This document shows positions 19,412-28,298 of a stretch of DNA of 64,000 nt, one piece after another. Below the pieces are notes generated by a model that was given only the letters and a program-made list of their open reading frames with translations, ran no database searches and had not been told where the DNA came from. The translations under genes were made by a program, and so were the position numbers. Positions within the stretch are counted from its first letter, which is position 1. Every line of letters begins with the position of its first letter. The stretch lies in assembly GCA_036569365.1 (NCBI GenBank), contig DATCQU010000056.1, forward strand, positions 27,506-91,505, written 5' to 3'. Source of the stretch: Desulfosporosinus sp. Its GTDB lineage: Bacteria > Bacillota > Desulfitobacteriia > Desulfitobacteriales > Desulfitobacteriaceae.

Positions 19412-21112
19412 CTATTCAGCCAACCGGCCAAGGCTAGCCTGTACAAGCAAGCGCATACTGATCCAGTAATTCTGTTCTGAACGGGACGGGGCGTTCTTAA
19501 TTTTCAAGCGGCAGTCCTGCTCGGAGAGCCACCAATCGCATCCCAGTTTGCCACGCTCAAGGTTTTTAGTTATCTCCGCAATGATCGCCTTGCTCCAGCC
19601 TTTATACTGAGTATAGGTTATGACTCGATCAGCCAGGGCTTGGTAAGAATAATGCTGAAAGGTCTGGCTAGCTTGATCATAATCCAAGTCCAGGATGGGA
19701 ATGGTCCCTGTCATGTCGCGAGAAATCCCGGCCAGTAAGTCTTTTTCCTCGTTGGATGAACCGATATACAGGTAAAATAGTTTGGCGGTGCGCTTTATAC
19801 CAGACTGGCGCAGAATTCGACCCAGCCTTTGGATTCGTTGCCGTGAGCTGCTGGTAGAGGAAGCGATGATCCCGATGTCCGTTGAGGGTACATTCAAACC
19901 TTCATCTAGGGCGCGACAGCTTACGAGGATCCGAATTTGACCGTCGTGATAGTTACGCAGGATTTCTTTGCGACTCCATTCGTCCATTTCGGAATGATAA
20001 CGCCCTACCTGTCCAGGAAACAGGGAGTGTAACTCTTCGAAAATTGTGTTCGCCACGACGATTCTTTCGCAAAAGACCAATATCTTGGAATTTTGGGGAA
20101 GCTGCGTCAAAATATTATTGACACAGCTTATCCGAGATTCGGCTCTGTAAACTAAATCTTTGCGCCTGTTGGCTAGAATGAGCACCGAACGGGCAAGAGA
20201 CGCTATGATGTCATCCTCAGAACTTTGAGCCAATTGTTCAAGGTTGGAAAAATACTGCAGTCTTGTTAAGCCTTTCAGGAAAGGACAGCGATACATGAGG
20301 TTTTCTCGGACGTACGTCAACTGTTCGCTTAAATCTAGATATTGGTGCTCTTCGTCTGGCGTGAATTTAAGTTTTATGTTAAAGATCGCAAAGGAACTTA
20401 TGATATTGGCATTCAAGGCCTCGACAAAGCTGTATTTGTAGATCTCCGCTCCCAGGGCAGGACGCAGCGTTTCGTTAAAAGTTGCAGTTTCTAGGGTGGC
20501 GGATAAACCAAGGGCATAGTAGTGGTTGGCTTGATTTTGGATAGGGATTTGTGCGATAAAATTAAATATGCGCGAATTTTCAGGGCTTCTATAGTGATGA
20601 CATTCATCAGCGATCAGCAATATTGAGCTACCTTGATGATAGTCGTCCAGGATATGCTGTGATAACGTGGTACGGGCTGAGTTCACCACATAAATCATAT
20701 ACTTGCGAGATGGAGGGTCTTTATGTAGCCCGGTGTATACTCCTATGTCATCCCTGGAAACAGCTAGATAATCTTGTAGACTCTTAACCCATTGATTTGC
20801 CAGAAAAACCTTAGGTACGACAATCTTTATTTTCAAGGCAGGGGTTTGTTCTGAGCCTATATATTCCAGTCTGGCTATGGCTCCCAAGGCTAGGATCGTT
20901 TTGCCTGCACCGGTAACGACATTCACAATCCCTTTGCCTTGATTCTGAAACCAGATATCTAGGCATTCCTTCTGCCAGGTAAATAACGGCAGTTTCACTT
21001 GATTATAGACCTTCGAAGCGGATTCGGCTGCCTCTGAGGAAGTTTGCTTATGGAAAAAAGGCATACTTTCTCTCCCCTGTCTCACTTGTGGTTGCATATA
21101 AGGTATACTCAT
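19412..21112 (-). CDS. SF2 DExH helicase, XPB/Rad25-like (start probably ATG 21064)
   Basis: Q-motif LFTWQKE, VVTGAGKT, DECHH, LGLSAT, LDEGLNVP, QRLGRILR. Confidence 0.9.
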   Translation of the reverse strand: MSIPYMQPQVRQGRESMPFFHKQTSSEAAESASKVYNQVKLPLFTWQKECLDIWFQNQGKGIVNVVTGAGKTILALGAIARLEYIGSEQTPALKIKIVVPKVFLANQWVKSLQDYLAVSRDDIGVYTGLHKDPPSRKYMIYVVNSARTTLSQHILDDYHQGSSILLIADECHHYRSPENSRIFNFIAQIPIQNQANHYYALGLSATLETATFNETLRPALGAEIYKYSFVEALNANIISSFAIFNIKLKFTPDEEHQYLDLSEQLTYVRENLMYRCPFLKGLTRLQYFSNLEQLAQSSEDDIIASLARSVLILANRRKDLVYRAESRISCVNNILTQLPQNSKILVFCERIVVANTIFEELHSLFPGQVGRYHSEMDEWSRKEILRNYHDGQIRILVSCRALDEGLNVPSTDIGIIASSTSSSRQRIQRLGRILRQSGIKRTAKLFYLYIGSSNEEKDLLAGISRDMTGTIPILDLDYDQASQTFQHYSYQALADRVITYTQYKGWSKAIIAEITKNLERGKLGCDWWLSEQDCRLKIKNAPSRSEQNYWISMRLLVQASLGRLAE

Positions 21113-21194
21113 AGTATGACATTATTGGATTATTGAGGCAAGCAGGGGAGGAAAACTCTGTTTTATGTCGAATTCTATGCAGAACAGAAAACAG

Positions 21195-21208
21195 AAAACT
21201 AATGTTCG
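21195..21208. promoter_or_regulatory. Putative LexA (DinR/Cheo) box
   Basis: aAAAC-TAAT-GTTCg versus consensus cGAAC-N4-GTTCg (one core mismatch), in a divergent intergenic region. Confidence 0.45.
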
Positions 21209-21296
21209 ATTTTAGTCGCGGAGCTAATTATCCCGAATAGGGGATTTTTAATGAGTTAGGTCATTAGATAAAAGTTAGAAGAAGGAGCACACAACT

Positions 21297-22118
21297 ATGA
21301 AGGATTATGAAGATTTATATAGCCAAATGTTGAACGCCGAAAAAGAACTTAAGGATAAGATTACCAGTCAGCAAAAACTATTTAAGAGCTTGAACAAAAA
21401 TATGGAGAAGGGTGATCTGAAGAGCTGGACAAGAGATCTGGCGTCCATGCGTGCTTACTTGAAGGAACAGGAAACTTTGATGGAAGAGATGCAGAATCAG
21501 GTTGATGAATTTGGAATTCGCGACTATGTGGAAAATGGCGACTTTGTGGAACAATTACTGGGCCATTGCGATCGTCTAGAGGTGGATGTTAAAGGAGACT
21601 ATCCCATTTATGAAATGTTTCCTTTCCGGGTTAGAATCGATACCGAGAACCTAGACTTATACCTAGATCGAAAACGTGTTCAATGCTTGCGTCCTCTAGC
21701 CTTTGTGCAAGTTGTTAAGGCCAGCAGGGATAGACTGTTGAAGGCTGCTTTTGATCCCAAAGGCTTTATCAAAGAGCTTGCGGCAGCTTATGATTTGATG
21801 CTGTTAAAGCAAAATCAGGGTAATACAGCATCTCAGGCGGTAGGCGATATATATTTAAAGAGTCTTTACACCCTTTTGACCCCTATGCGTCGCTTTCGTA
21901 AAGATTATGACATGCAGAGTTTCGCTTTTGACCTAGCCCGCCTTTATGCGGCGGACCTACGTTCCTGTGAAGATGGACGGCAGTTTCAATTCGGACCCAG
22001 CCGCAATATAAACAAGGCTATCCGCATCCTCGATCAGGATGGCCGGGAGCAGTATTTGGCGACCCTCCGTTTTTTCGAGCCAGTAGCACTTGAGGGGGGT
22101 ACTAGTCTTGGAAAATGA
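21297..22118 (+). CDS. Uncharacterised protein (N-terminal coiled coil, C-terminal globular domain)
   Basis: 273-aa ORF, GAAGGAG RBS, overlaps the next gene. Confidence 0.8.
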   Translation: MKDYEDLYSQMLNAEKELKDKITSQQKLFKSLNKNMEKGDLKSWTRDLASMRAYLKEQETLMEEMQNQVDEFGIRDYVENGDFVEQLLGHCDRLEVDVKGDYPIYEMFPFRVRIDTENLDLYLDRKRVQCLRPLAFVQVVKASRDRLLKAAFDPKGFIKELAAAYDLMLLKQNQGNTASQAVGDIYLKSLYTLLTPMRRFRKDYDMQSFAFDLARLYAADLRSCEDGRQFQFGPSRNINKAIRILDQDGREQYLATLRFFEPVALEGGTSLGK

Positions 22119-23328
22119 TCTTGAATCAGCCCTAGCAAATTTAAAAAAGGGACAGGCTCCCGGCAATCGCAAAATACTGAAGGAAATATCGGTGGGCAGC
22201 GAGTTTATTATGGATTTTTGGAAGAAAAACTATCTGGCCAACTATTTAGCTATGGGAGGCAGCAAGATAAAGTTCGTGACTGGCCGCGCGGGGAGTGGAA
22301 AGACTCATTTCTTAGAGATATTGGCCATGGAAGCAGAAAACATGGGCTTCATCTCGGTTAGTCTCTCGGCGAAAAAACTCTGGATCCATGATTTTAAGGA
22401 AATCTATACAGCAATATTGAACGAAGTAAATCTCCTGGAGCGCTTGCAACTCTGCAGCCACGAAGTTATCCGGCAGTTAGGGTATGATCCCGAGACTATT
22501 CCAGAAAACATTAGCTTTGCGGATTACTTATCCAGTCAGGGACTGCTGGGGCCATTGACTAAGCGGGAGATAAGGCAGGAGTTGGAAAAGCTCTTTCTAG
22601 CCAACCCCTTGATTGACAATAATTTTGCCCTTGCCTGCGCCATGCTGACCGGCGGAATTTTGGGTCACCCAATGTTGGAAGAAGCCAACTGTAAGCTGTT
22701 GATGTCGTGGCTTGAAGGGAGTCGGGAAGCCAAATTATCCTCTCTGCGTCGTCTGGGCTTGTCTCCGAGTAAAATCACCAAATATAATGCTAGGCACATG
22801 CTGCGTTCCTTAATAGAGGTTTGCTGTCTGGCCGGATTCAAAGGGCTAGTGATATCGATTGATAATATGGAAGTCTTGGTGGGCACAGATAGTGCGGAAG
22901 CCATTCGATACACAAGGTTGAAACGGGAAGACGCTTATGAAAGTATTCGTGAATTAATTGATGAAATTGATACCCTGAAACACACTATGTTCGTATTTTC
23001 CTTCGATCGCAGTCTGATGGATGATGATGTCAGGGGTCTGAAGTCTTATGCGGCGTTGTGGATGCGCATACAAAATGAAATCGATGGAACTCGTTTTAAT
23101 CGATTCGCCGACATTGTGGATTTGGATCGTCTGATTGATGAGGTCTATACACCAGAAAATATCATGAAAATGTCCACTCGTCTAGCCCAAGTCATGAATC
23201 GCTTTGAGGTAGGGGCCACGCCTATAAGCTTGAATACGGCGGAAGAGCTCCATGCTCGATCCCGTTTTGGCAAAGTTTCGTTGCCTAGGAGAGTAGTACT
23301 CACCACTTTGCAGGAAGGAGTAGAATGA
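22108..23328 (+). CDS. DUF2791 (BREX BrxC/BrxD-like) P-loop ATPase, copy 1
   Basis: ISVG...GGSKIKFVTGRAGSGKTHFL; Walker B GLVISIDNME; LKSYAALWMRI; TTG start at 22108 after GAGGGGGG. Confidence 0.8.
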   Translation: MENDLESALANLKKGQAPGNRKILKEISVGSEFIMDFWKKNYLANYLAMGGSKIKFVTGRAGSGKTHFLEILAMEAENMGFISVSLSAKKLWIHDFKEIYTAILNEVNLLERLQLCSHEVIRQLGYDPETIPENISFADYLSSQGLLGPLTKREIRQELEKLFLANPLIDNNFALACAMLTGGILGHPMLEEANCKLLMSWLEGSREAKLSSLRRLGLSPSKITKYNARHMLRSLIEVCCLAGFKGLVISIDNMEVLVGTDSAEAIRYTRLKREDAYESIRELIDEIDTLKHTMFVFSFDRSLMDDDVRGLKSYAALWMRIQNEIDGTRFNRFADIVDLDRLIDEVYTPENIMKMSTRLAQVMNRFEVGATPISLNTAEELHARSRFGKVSLPRRVVLTTLQEGVE

Positions 23329-24545
23329 TGGATTTTGAAGCGCAGAGAGTCATTGAAGCCTTGCGTTCGGGAGTGTCTTCCCGGGCGGTTGGACATTACT
23401 TCTCCTCAGCCCGTGCCGAATTAATGGAGCAGATCTCGCACAAGTTAGACCAGGTCAGAGACACCGGAGAATCCAGTGGTATGGTTGTTTCTGGTAAGTA
23501 CGGAGAGGGTAAGACCCACCTTTTGAATACAGTATTTAACCTAGCGCATAGTAACAATATGGTGGTCAGCCTAGTTTCGTTAAGTAAAGAGACCCCATTT
23601 GACAAACTTTATCTGGCCTATCAGAAATTGGTTAGTAATACGTATCTGCCAGGGCGTCTGCAACCTGGATTCCAGCATGTCATGCAAGATATTACCCCGA
23701 ATAATCCAAGCGCTCTAGATCTGCTCTCTTTTGCCAGTAAGCACTTAGAGACCGACAAGCTGTTTTTCGTTTTGCGATCCTTTTTGAATGTTGATGATCA
23801 GGATGAAAAATACCAGCTCATGTCCGATCTAGAGGGTGACTTTATCAATAATACCCTCTTGAGACAGATCTACAAACGGATTTTTACCCAAACAGTCAAG
23901 TATGCTGTACCCTTTAGTAAAACTCGTCACAGTATGGACTACTTCACGTTGTTAAGTCACCTTTTCAGATTACTGGGCTATAACGGTTGGGTTATCCTGT
24001 TTGATGAAACTGAATTGATAGGTCGTCTAGGCAAAAAAGCTCGCCTTAAGGCTTATAACAATATGGCATCGTTCTTGTTTCCTGAGAAATATTCGCGCCT
24101 CGAATCTACTTTCACCATGTTTGCTTTAGGGGCCTCCTATCAAGAGGATGTCATAGAGTCCAAGCATGAGTTTGAAAACCTTGCCACAACGTATGTGGAT
24201 CGTGCCCAACGAGAGCCCATCGAAAAAGTACTCAACGCTATTATTTCCGCACCTCAGCTTCAACCGTTGAACCAGGATGAAATCCTGTCAGTTCTTAAAC
24301 AGGTCCAGGCTTTTCACGGCCAAGCTTATGACTGGCAACCTAAGATTGATGTACGAGAAGTGCTGAAAGCCTCTGAAAACCGGGGCTACCTGTTAAGAAC
24401 GAGAATCCGCGCTGCCGTAGAAGTGCTGGATCAGCTTTATCAGTATGGGCAGGCCGGGGATATTCAAATCAATGCCCTTGGAGAACCACACTATCAAGAG
24501 GAGGAATTGACTTCTCTGGAGGGTTGTATTATCGACGAAGATTAA
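23325..24545 (+). CDS. DUF2791 (BREX BrxC/BrxD-like) P-loop ATPase, copy 2
   Basis: AQRVIEALRSGV, GKYGEGKTHLL, GYNGWVILFDETE, FHGQAYDW; ATGA overlap. Confidence 0.82.
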   Translation: MMDFEAQRVIEALRSGVSSRAVGHYFSSARAELMEQISHKLDQVRDTGESSGMVVSGKYGEGKTHLLNTVFNLAHSNNMVVSLVSLSKETPFDKLYLAYQKLVSNTYLPGRLQPGFQHVMQDITPNNPSALDLLSFASKHLETDKLFFVLRSFLNVDDQDEKYQLMSDLEGDFINNTLLRQIYKRIFTQTVKYAVPFSKTRHSMDYFTLLSHLFRLLGYNGWVILFDETELIGRLGKKARLKAYNNMASFLFPEKYSRLESTFTMFALGASYQEDVIESKHEFENLATTYVDRAQREPIEKVLNAIISAPQLQPLNQDEILSVLKQVQAFHGQAYDWQPKIDVREVLKASENRGYLLRTRIRAAVEVLDQLYQYGQAGDIQINALGEPHYQEEELTSLEGCIIDED

Positions 24546-24592
24546 GATCCTGGAAAAGTCCTCGTAGCTTTAGTTAGGAGCGGGCAAAATAA

Positions 24593-26491
24593 ATGATCGA
24601 GTGCAGCATTAATAATTTAACCAAATATTATGGCGCTAATAAACTATTTCAAAATATCTCCTTTGACTTAAAAACAGGGGAAAGAATAGGCTTAATCGGA
24701 CAAAATGGCTGCGGAAAAACAACTATTTTGAAAATAATCATGGGGGTAGAGGATCACCAAGAGGGTGATATAGCGATCCGTAAAAATGCTAGGGTTGGCT
24801 ATCTTAATCAAATGCCTGTTTTCGAAGCTAGTGCAACTGCCATGGATGTGATTGAACTCGCCTTTAAGGATGTATACGCACTCGAGCAAGAGATGATCGT
24901 CCTGGAAGAAAGACTTAAACAACTTGAAGGAGACGCTTTAGAAAAGGCTATTCAAAGTTATGGGTGTTACACAGAGCGATTCGAAGCTCTTGGCGGCTAT
25001 GACATGGAAACGAAAATCAGTAAAATAACAGAGGGTCTTCAAATTACAGACCTTCTAAAAGGTATGCAGTTCGAGCAACTAAGTGGCGGAGAAAAAACAA
25101 GGGTTATTTTAGCTAAAATACTTTTGGAACAACCCGATGTTTTATTACTGGATGAACCCTCCAATCATTTGGATTTAGCAGCCATTGAATGGTTAGAAGA
25201 TTTCTTGAAGGAGTACAAGGGGTCTGTCCTTGTCGTTTCTCACGACAGGTATTTCTTAGACAGTGTGGTTACTAAAATTGTCGAGTTGGAATTTAACCGT
25301 GCCGTGACCTACCTTGGCAATTATAGCTATTATGTCGTAGAAAAGGAACGTCGCTTTTTACTAGACTATAAGGTGTATCAAACTCAACAAAAGAAGATCG
25401 ATAATATGGAGCGACAAATTGAGCGTTATCGTATTTGGGGTGCCATGAGAGACAGCGATAAGATGTATAAGCGTGCTAAAGAGCTAGAAAAACGACTCGA
25501 AAAAATTGATATGCTGGATCGACCTATTTTTGAAAAGAGAAAGGTTCGATTAGATGCTCAAGCAATCAGTAGAACTGGAAAACTGGTCCTGGAAACAGAG
25601 GGACTCGCTAAGCATTTCGGCGAGAATAGTTTGCTGCAAGACGTTCATTTTACTATTTTCTATCAAGACAGTGTATGTATTGTAGGGCGTAATGGCAGTG
25701 GTAAAACGACGTTGTTAAAAATGATTCTTGGGGAGGTAGAACCGGATTCTGGTTCGATTAAATTAGGCTCACGGGTGAAAATAGGCTACCTACCTCAGAC
25801 CGTGGTCTATGAAGACGAAGAACTAACGGTCTTAGACTATTTCATACAATTACACAGTTTGACAGAAGGGGAAGCAAGAGCTCAATTGGCAAAAGCCTTA
25901 TTTATGAAGGAAGATGTTAATAAGAAAATAAAATCGTTGTCGGGTGGAGAAAAAAGTAGGTTGAAGCTGTGCTCATTGACGTTCGACAGAGTGAATTTCA
26001 TGATTTTGGATGAACCAACCAATCATTTGGACATTGATTCTAGGGAAGTTTTAGAAGAAACGTTGACTCAATTTGATGGGACGATATTCTTTGTTTCTCA
26101 TGATCGCTATTTTATCAATAAAGTAGCGGATAAGATGATTGCTATTGAGAACAAACGGGTCAAAGTCTATCCGGGAGATTATACCTATTATTTAGAAGAG
26201 CATAAAAAGGGCGTGGAAAAAGTGAGCGCGGTCGCTCCTAGTATGGCTCTAAAGGAGAACAAGAAAAATTCTTCCTCTCAGCCACCTAAGAGGAAGAATC
26301 AGACTAAAAAAATAGAGCTCCTTGAAGATGAGATTGAACAATATGAACGTAAAATTAAACTCATTGACAGAGAAATGGTGGACTTTGGCTTGGATGCCAA
26401 TCGCTTAAATGAGCTATTTCAAGAAAAGGAAGGCCTAGACAAGAAACTGGAAACATGCCTAGAGCTATGGGAAGCATGCCAAGAAGAGTGA
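24593..26491 (+). CDS. ABC-F family ribosome-associated ATPase
   Basis: Two ABC domains (GQNGCGKT, GRNGSGKT, LSGGEK, LDEP-x-NHLD, SHDRYF), no TM, coiled-coil C-terminus. Confidence 0.92.
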   Translation: MIECSINNLTKYYGANKLFQNISFDLKTGERIGLIGQNGCGKTTILKIIMGVEDHQEGDIAIRKNARVGYLNQMPVFEASATAMDVIELAFKDVYALEQEMIVLEERLKQLEGDALEKAIQSYGCYTERFEALGGYDMETKISKITEGLQITDLLKGMQFEQLSGGEKTRVILAKILLEQPDVLLLDEPSNHLDLAAIEWLEDFLKEYKGSVLVVSHDRYFLDSVVTKIVELEFNRAVTYLGNYSYYVVEKERRFLLDYKVYQTQQKKIDNMERQIERYRIWGAMRDSDKMYKRAKELEKRLEKIDMLDRPIFEKRKVRLDAQAISRTGKLVLETEGLAKHFGENSLLQDVHFTIFYQDSVCIVGRNGSGKTTLLKMILGEVEPDSGSIKLGSRVKIGYLPQTVVYEDEELTVLDYFIQLHSLTEGEARAQLAKALFMKEDVNKKIKSLSGGEKSRLKLCSLTFDRVNFMILDEPTNHLDIDSREVLEETLTQFDGTIFFVSHDRYFINKVADKMIAIENKRVKVYPGDYTYYLEEHKKGVEKVSAVAPSMALKENKKNSSSQPPKRKNQTKKIELLEDEIEQYERKIKLIDREMVDFGLDANRLNELFQEKEGLDKKLETCLELWEACQEE

Positions 26492-26527
26492 ACGGGTTGA
26501 AGGGTAGATGGTTGATCCTCCAGCTCG

Positions 26528-27019
26528 TTAACCGTAGTTCTTTCGCCTTTTCTTTCCTTTCTTAGACATACTGGATTGAGACAACCTAAATAGCTTCTTG
26601 GTTGTTTGTGAACTCTTATCCACTCCATTGTCAGCGATCCATTGGCTAACTTCTTCTACGCTTTCATCAGTCCAAAAGCTTCTAGGAACACAGGCGAAAT
26701 CCCATGGTCTGTACTTGCCTGGGTAGGCGTTTTCAATGGTCTTATAAGGTGATCCCTCGAACAGACTGTTAATCATGCCAAATAATTTATTATCTTGGAA
26801 TACCCGTATGCCCATTTTAGTTTTTATGTCGTCCTCTCCCCATACAAGCACATTATTAATAAGGTAAATTGTGATCTCAGCAGCTCGACGAAATGCACCT
26901 TCGCCAACCCAAAATTTATTTGGGAATCTCACGATTTTACCATCTAAGAGCAGCTGGTACACTCGAACTGCACTTAACGTTAATAAATATTTGTTACTTA
27001 GTTTCCCCAAAATAATCAA
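26528..27019 (-). CDS. DUF4046-like protein
   Basis: LDGKIVRFPNKFW...FEGSPYKTIENAYPGKYRPWDF-x-x-VPRSFW. Confidence 0.6.
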   Translation of the reverse strand: MIILGKLSNKYLLTLSAVRVYQLLLDGKIVRFPNKFWVGEGAFRRAAEITIYLINNVLVWGEDDIKTKMGIRVFQDNKLFGMINSLFEGSPYKTIENAYPGKYRPWDFACVPRSFWTDESVEEVSQWIADNGVDKSSQTTKKLFRLSQSSMSKKGKKRRKNYG

Positions 27020-27171
27020 CTCCGTCTAGAGATTGTCTTCATCTCCTCATGCATTTGAGTTTCCTTAAAGATTCTTGTGACATCGTCATCTTTCCCGTTA
27101 ATTAATTATTAATACGGTGGTGGTAACAGAAAATGGACATAGTTGCAAGAAAGATAAAGATTAACAATACA

Positions 27172-27203
27172 AAGAGCCCTGAGCTTGTAAGCCCAGGGCT
27201 TTT
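27172..27203 (-). terminator. Terminator of the opuA operon
   Basis: agccctgagctt...aagcccagggct hairpin. Confidence 0.6.
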
Positions 27204-27205
27204 GG

Positions 27206-28102
27206 TTATTTAATTAAACTATCGGCAAAAGCCCTATTATCCTTGACCCATTGTTTTGCAGCGGCTTCGGGTTCCATACCGCCGGTAATTAGAGTTTCAA
27301 GACTGGCGATTTGCTTATCGTCGAATTTGAAGGCTTTCAGCATTTTGGCAACTTCTGGATTTTTATTGATGAATTTCTTGTTTGCTAGGGTATGAACTTC
27401 CTCGATATCTCCGTAATCCTTCTTTGGATCCTTTAAGTATTTAAGATCATACTTTACAAACATCCAATGAGGACTCCAACCAGTAACAACAATCGGCTTT
27501 TTATCACGGTAGGCTTTATCAAGGGCAGTCAGCATGGCGGCTTCGGAACTTGGAACAAGTTCAAAGTTTAGACCATAGTTCGTGATTGCTCTTCCCGTAG
27601 CTTTCATAAGTCCATCTCCCGGATCGACACCGGTAATTTTACCAGCAAACAGATCCTTTTTGGCATTAAGATCTTCAATGGAGTTGATATCCATGTACTT
27701 AGGAACGACGAGGCCCATTCTTGCTTCGCCCGTATACCATATTCCATAGTCATCCAGGCCATCTTTATACTGATCCCAATAGGATTTATGGGTAATCGGA
27801 AGCCATGCATCCATGAAAACGTCCAGATCCCCTTTATTTAATCCAACGAACAGAGGAGCTACTTTCAGACTGGTAAGCTTAACCTTATAACCTTTCTCCT
27901 CCAGAAGAACCTTCCAGAGATTGCTTACAGCCACGTCTTCAGCCCAATTATTATAACCTATGTTAATCGTCTTGTTGTCGCCTGGCTTGGCAGCATCGTC
28001 TTTCGATGGGGTAGTTCCACATCCTGACACTAGTCCCAGGGTTAACATGCCCACCATCGTCCCAACCAGAACTCGTTTCCATTGGTTTTTCAGTAACGTC
28101 AC
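27206..28102 (-). CDS. opuAC: Glycine betaine ABC transporter substrate-binding lipoprotein (copy 2)
   Basis: Lipobox LVSGC; NWAED, DAWLP, WSPHWMF. Confidence 0.9.
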   Translation of the reverse strand: MTLLKNQWKRVLVGTMVGMLTLGLVSGCGTTPSKDDAAKPGDNKTINIGYNNWAEDVAVSNLWKVLLEEKGYKVKLTSLKVAPLFVGLNKGDLDVFMDAWLPITHKSYWDQYKDGLDDYGIWYTGEARMGLVVPKYMDINSIEDLNAKKDLFAGKITGVDPGDGLMKATGRAITNYGLNFELVPSSEAAMLTALDKAYRDKKPIVVTGWSPHWMFVKYDLKYLKDPKKDYGDIEEVHTLANKKFINKNPEVAKMLKAFKFDDKQIASLETLITGGMEPEAAAKQWVKDNRAFADSLIK

Positions 28103-28298
28103 TTGATCATCCTCCTGTTTTTTTGATCACTATCTTAATTCACCATTCAAAAGAATGAAATTATGGTAGAATCCTTAATTCGGTATGAGAAGGTAATAAA
28201 ATCAGAAGACACCAAGTGCTATTTGTCTTGGTGTCTTCTACCTTAAGCCACGCGCTATTTGAGATATGCCTAGACGGGGCACATCTCTCTAGTTCTGG

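Noticed and set aside
19412-24545. Canonical BREX or Shango system
   Set aside because: No pglZ, pglX, brxA/B/L or TerB-like gene; the helicase is XPB-like rather than Lhr-like; the ATPase is duplicated.
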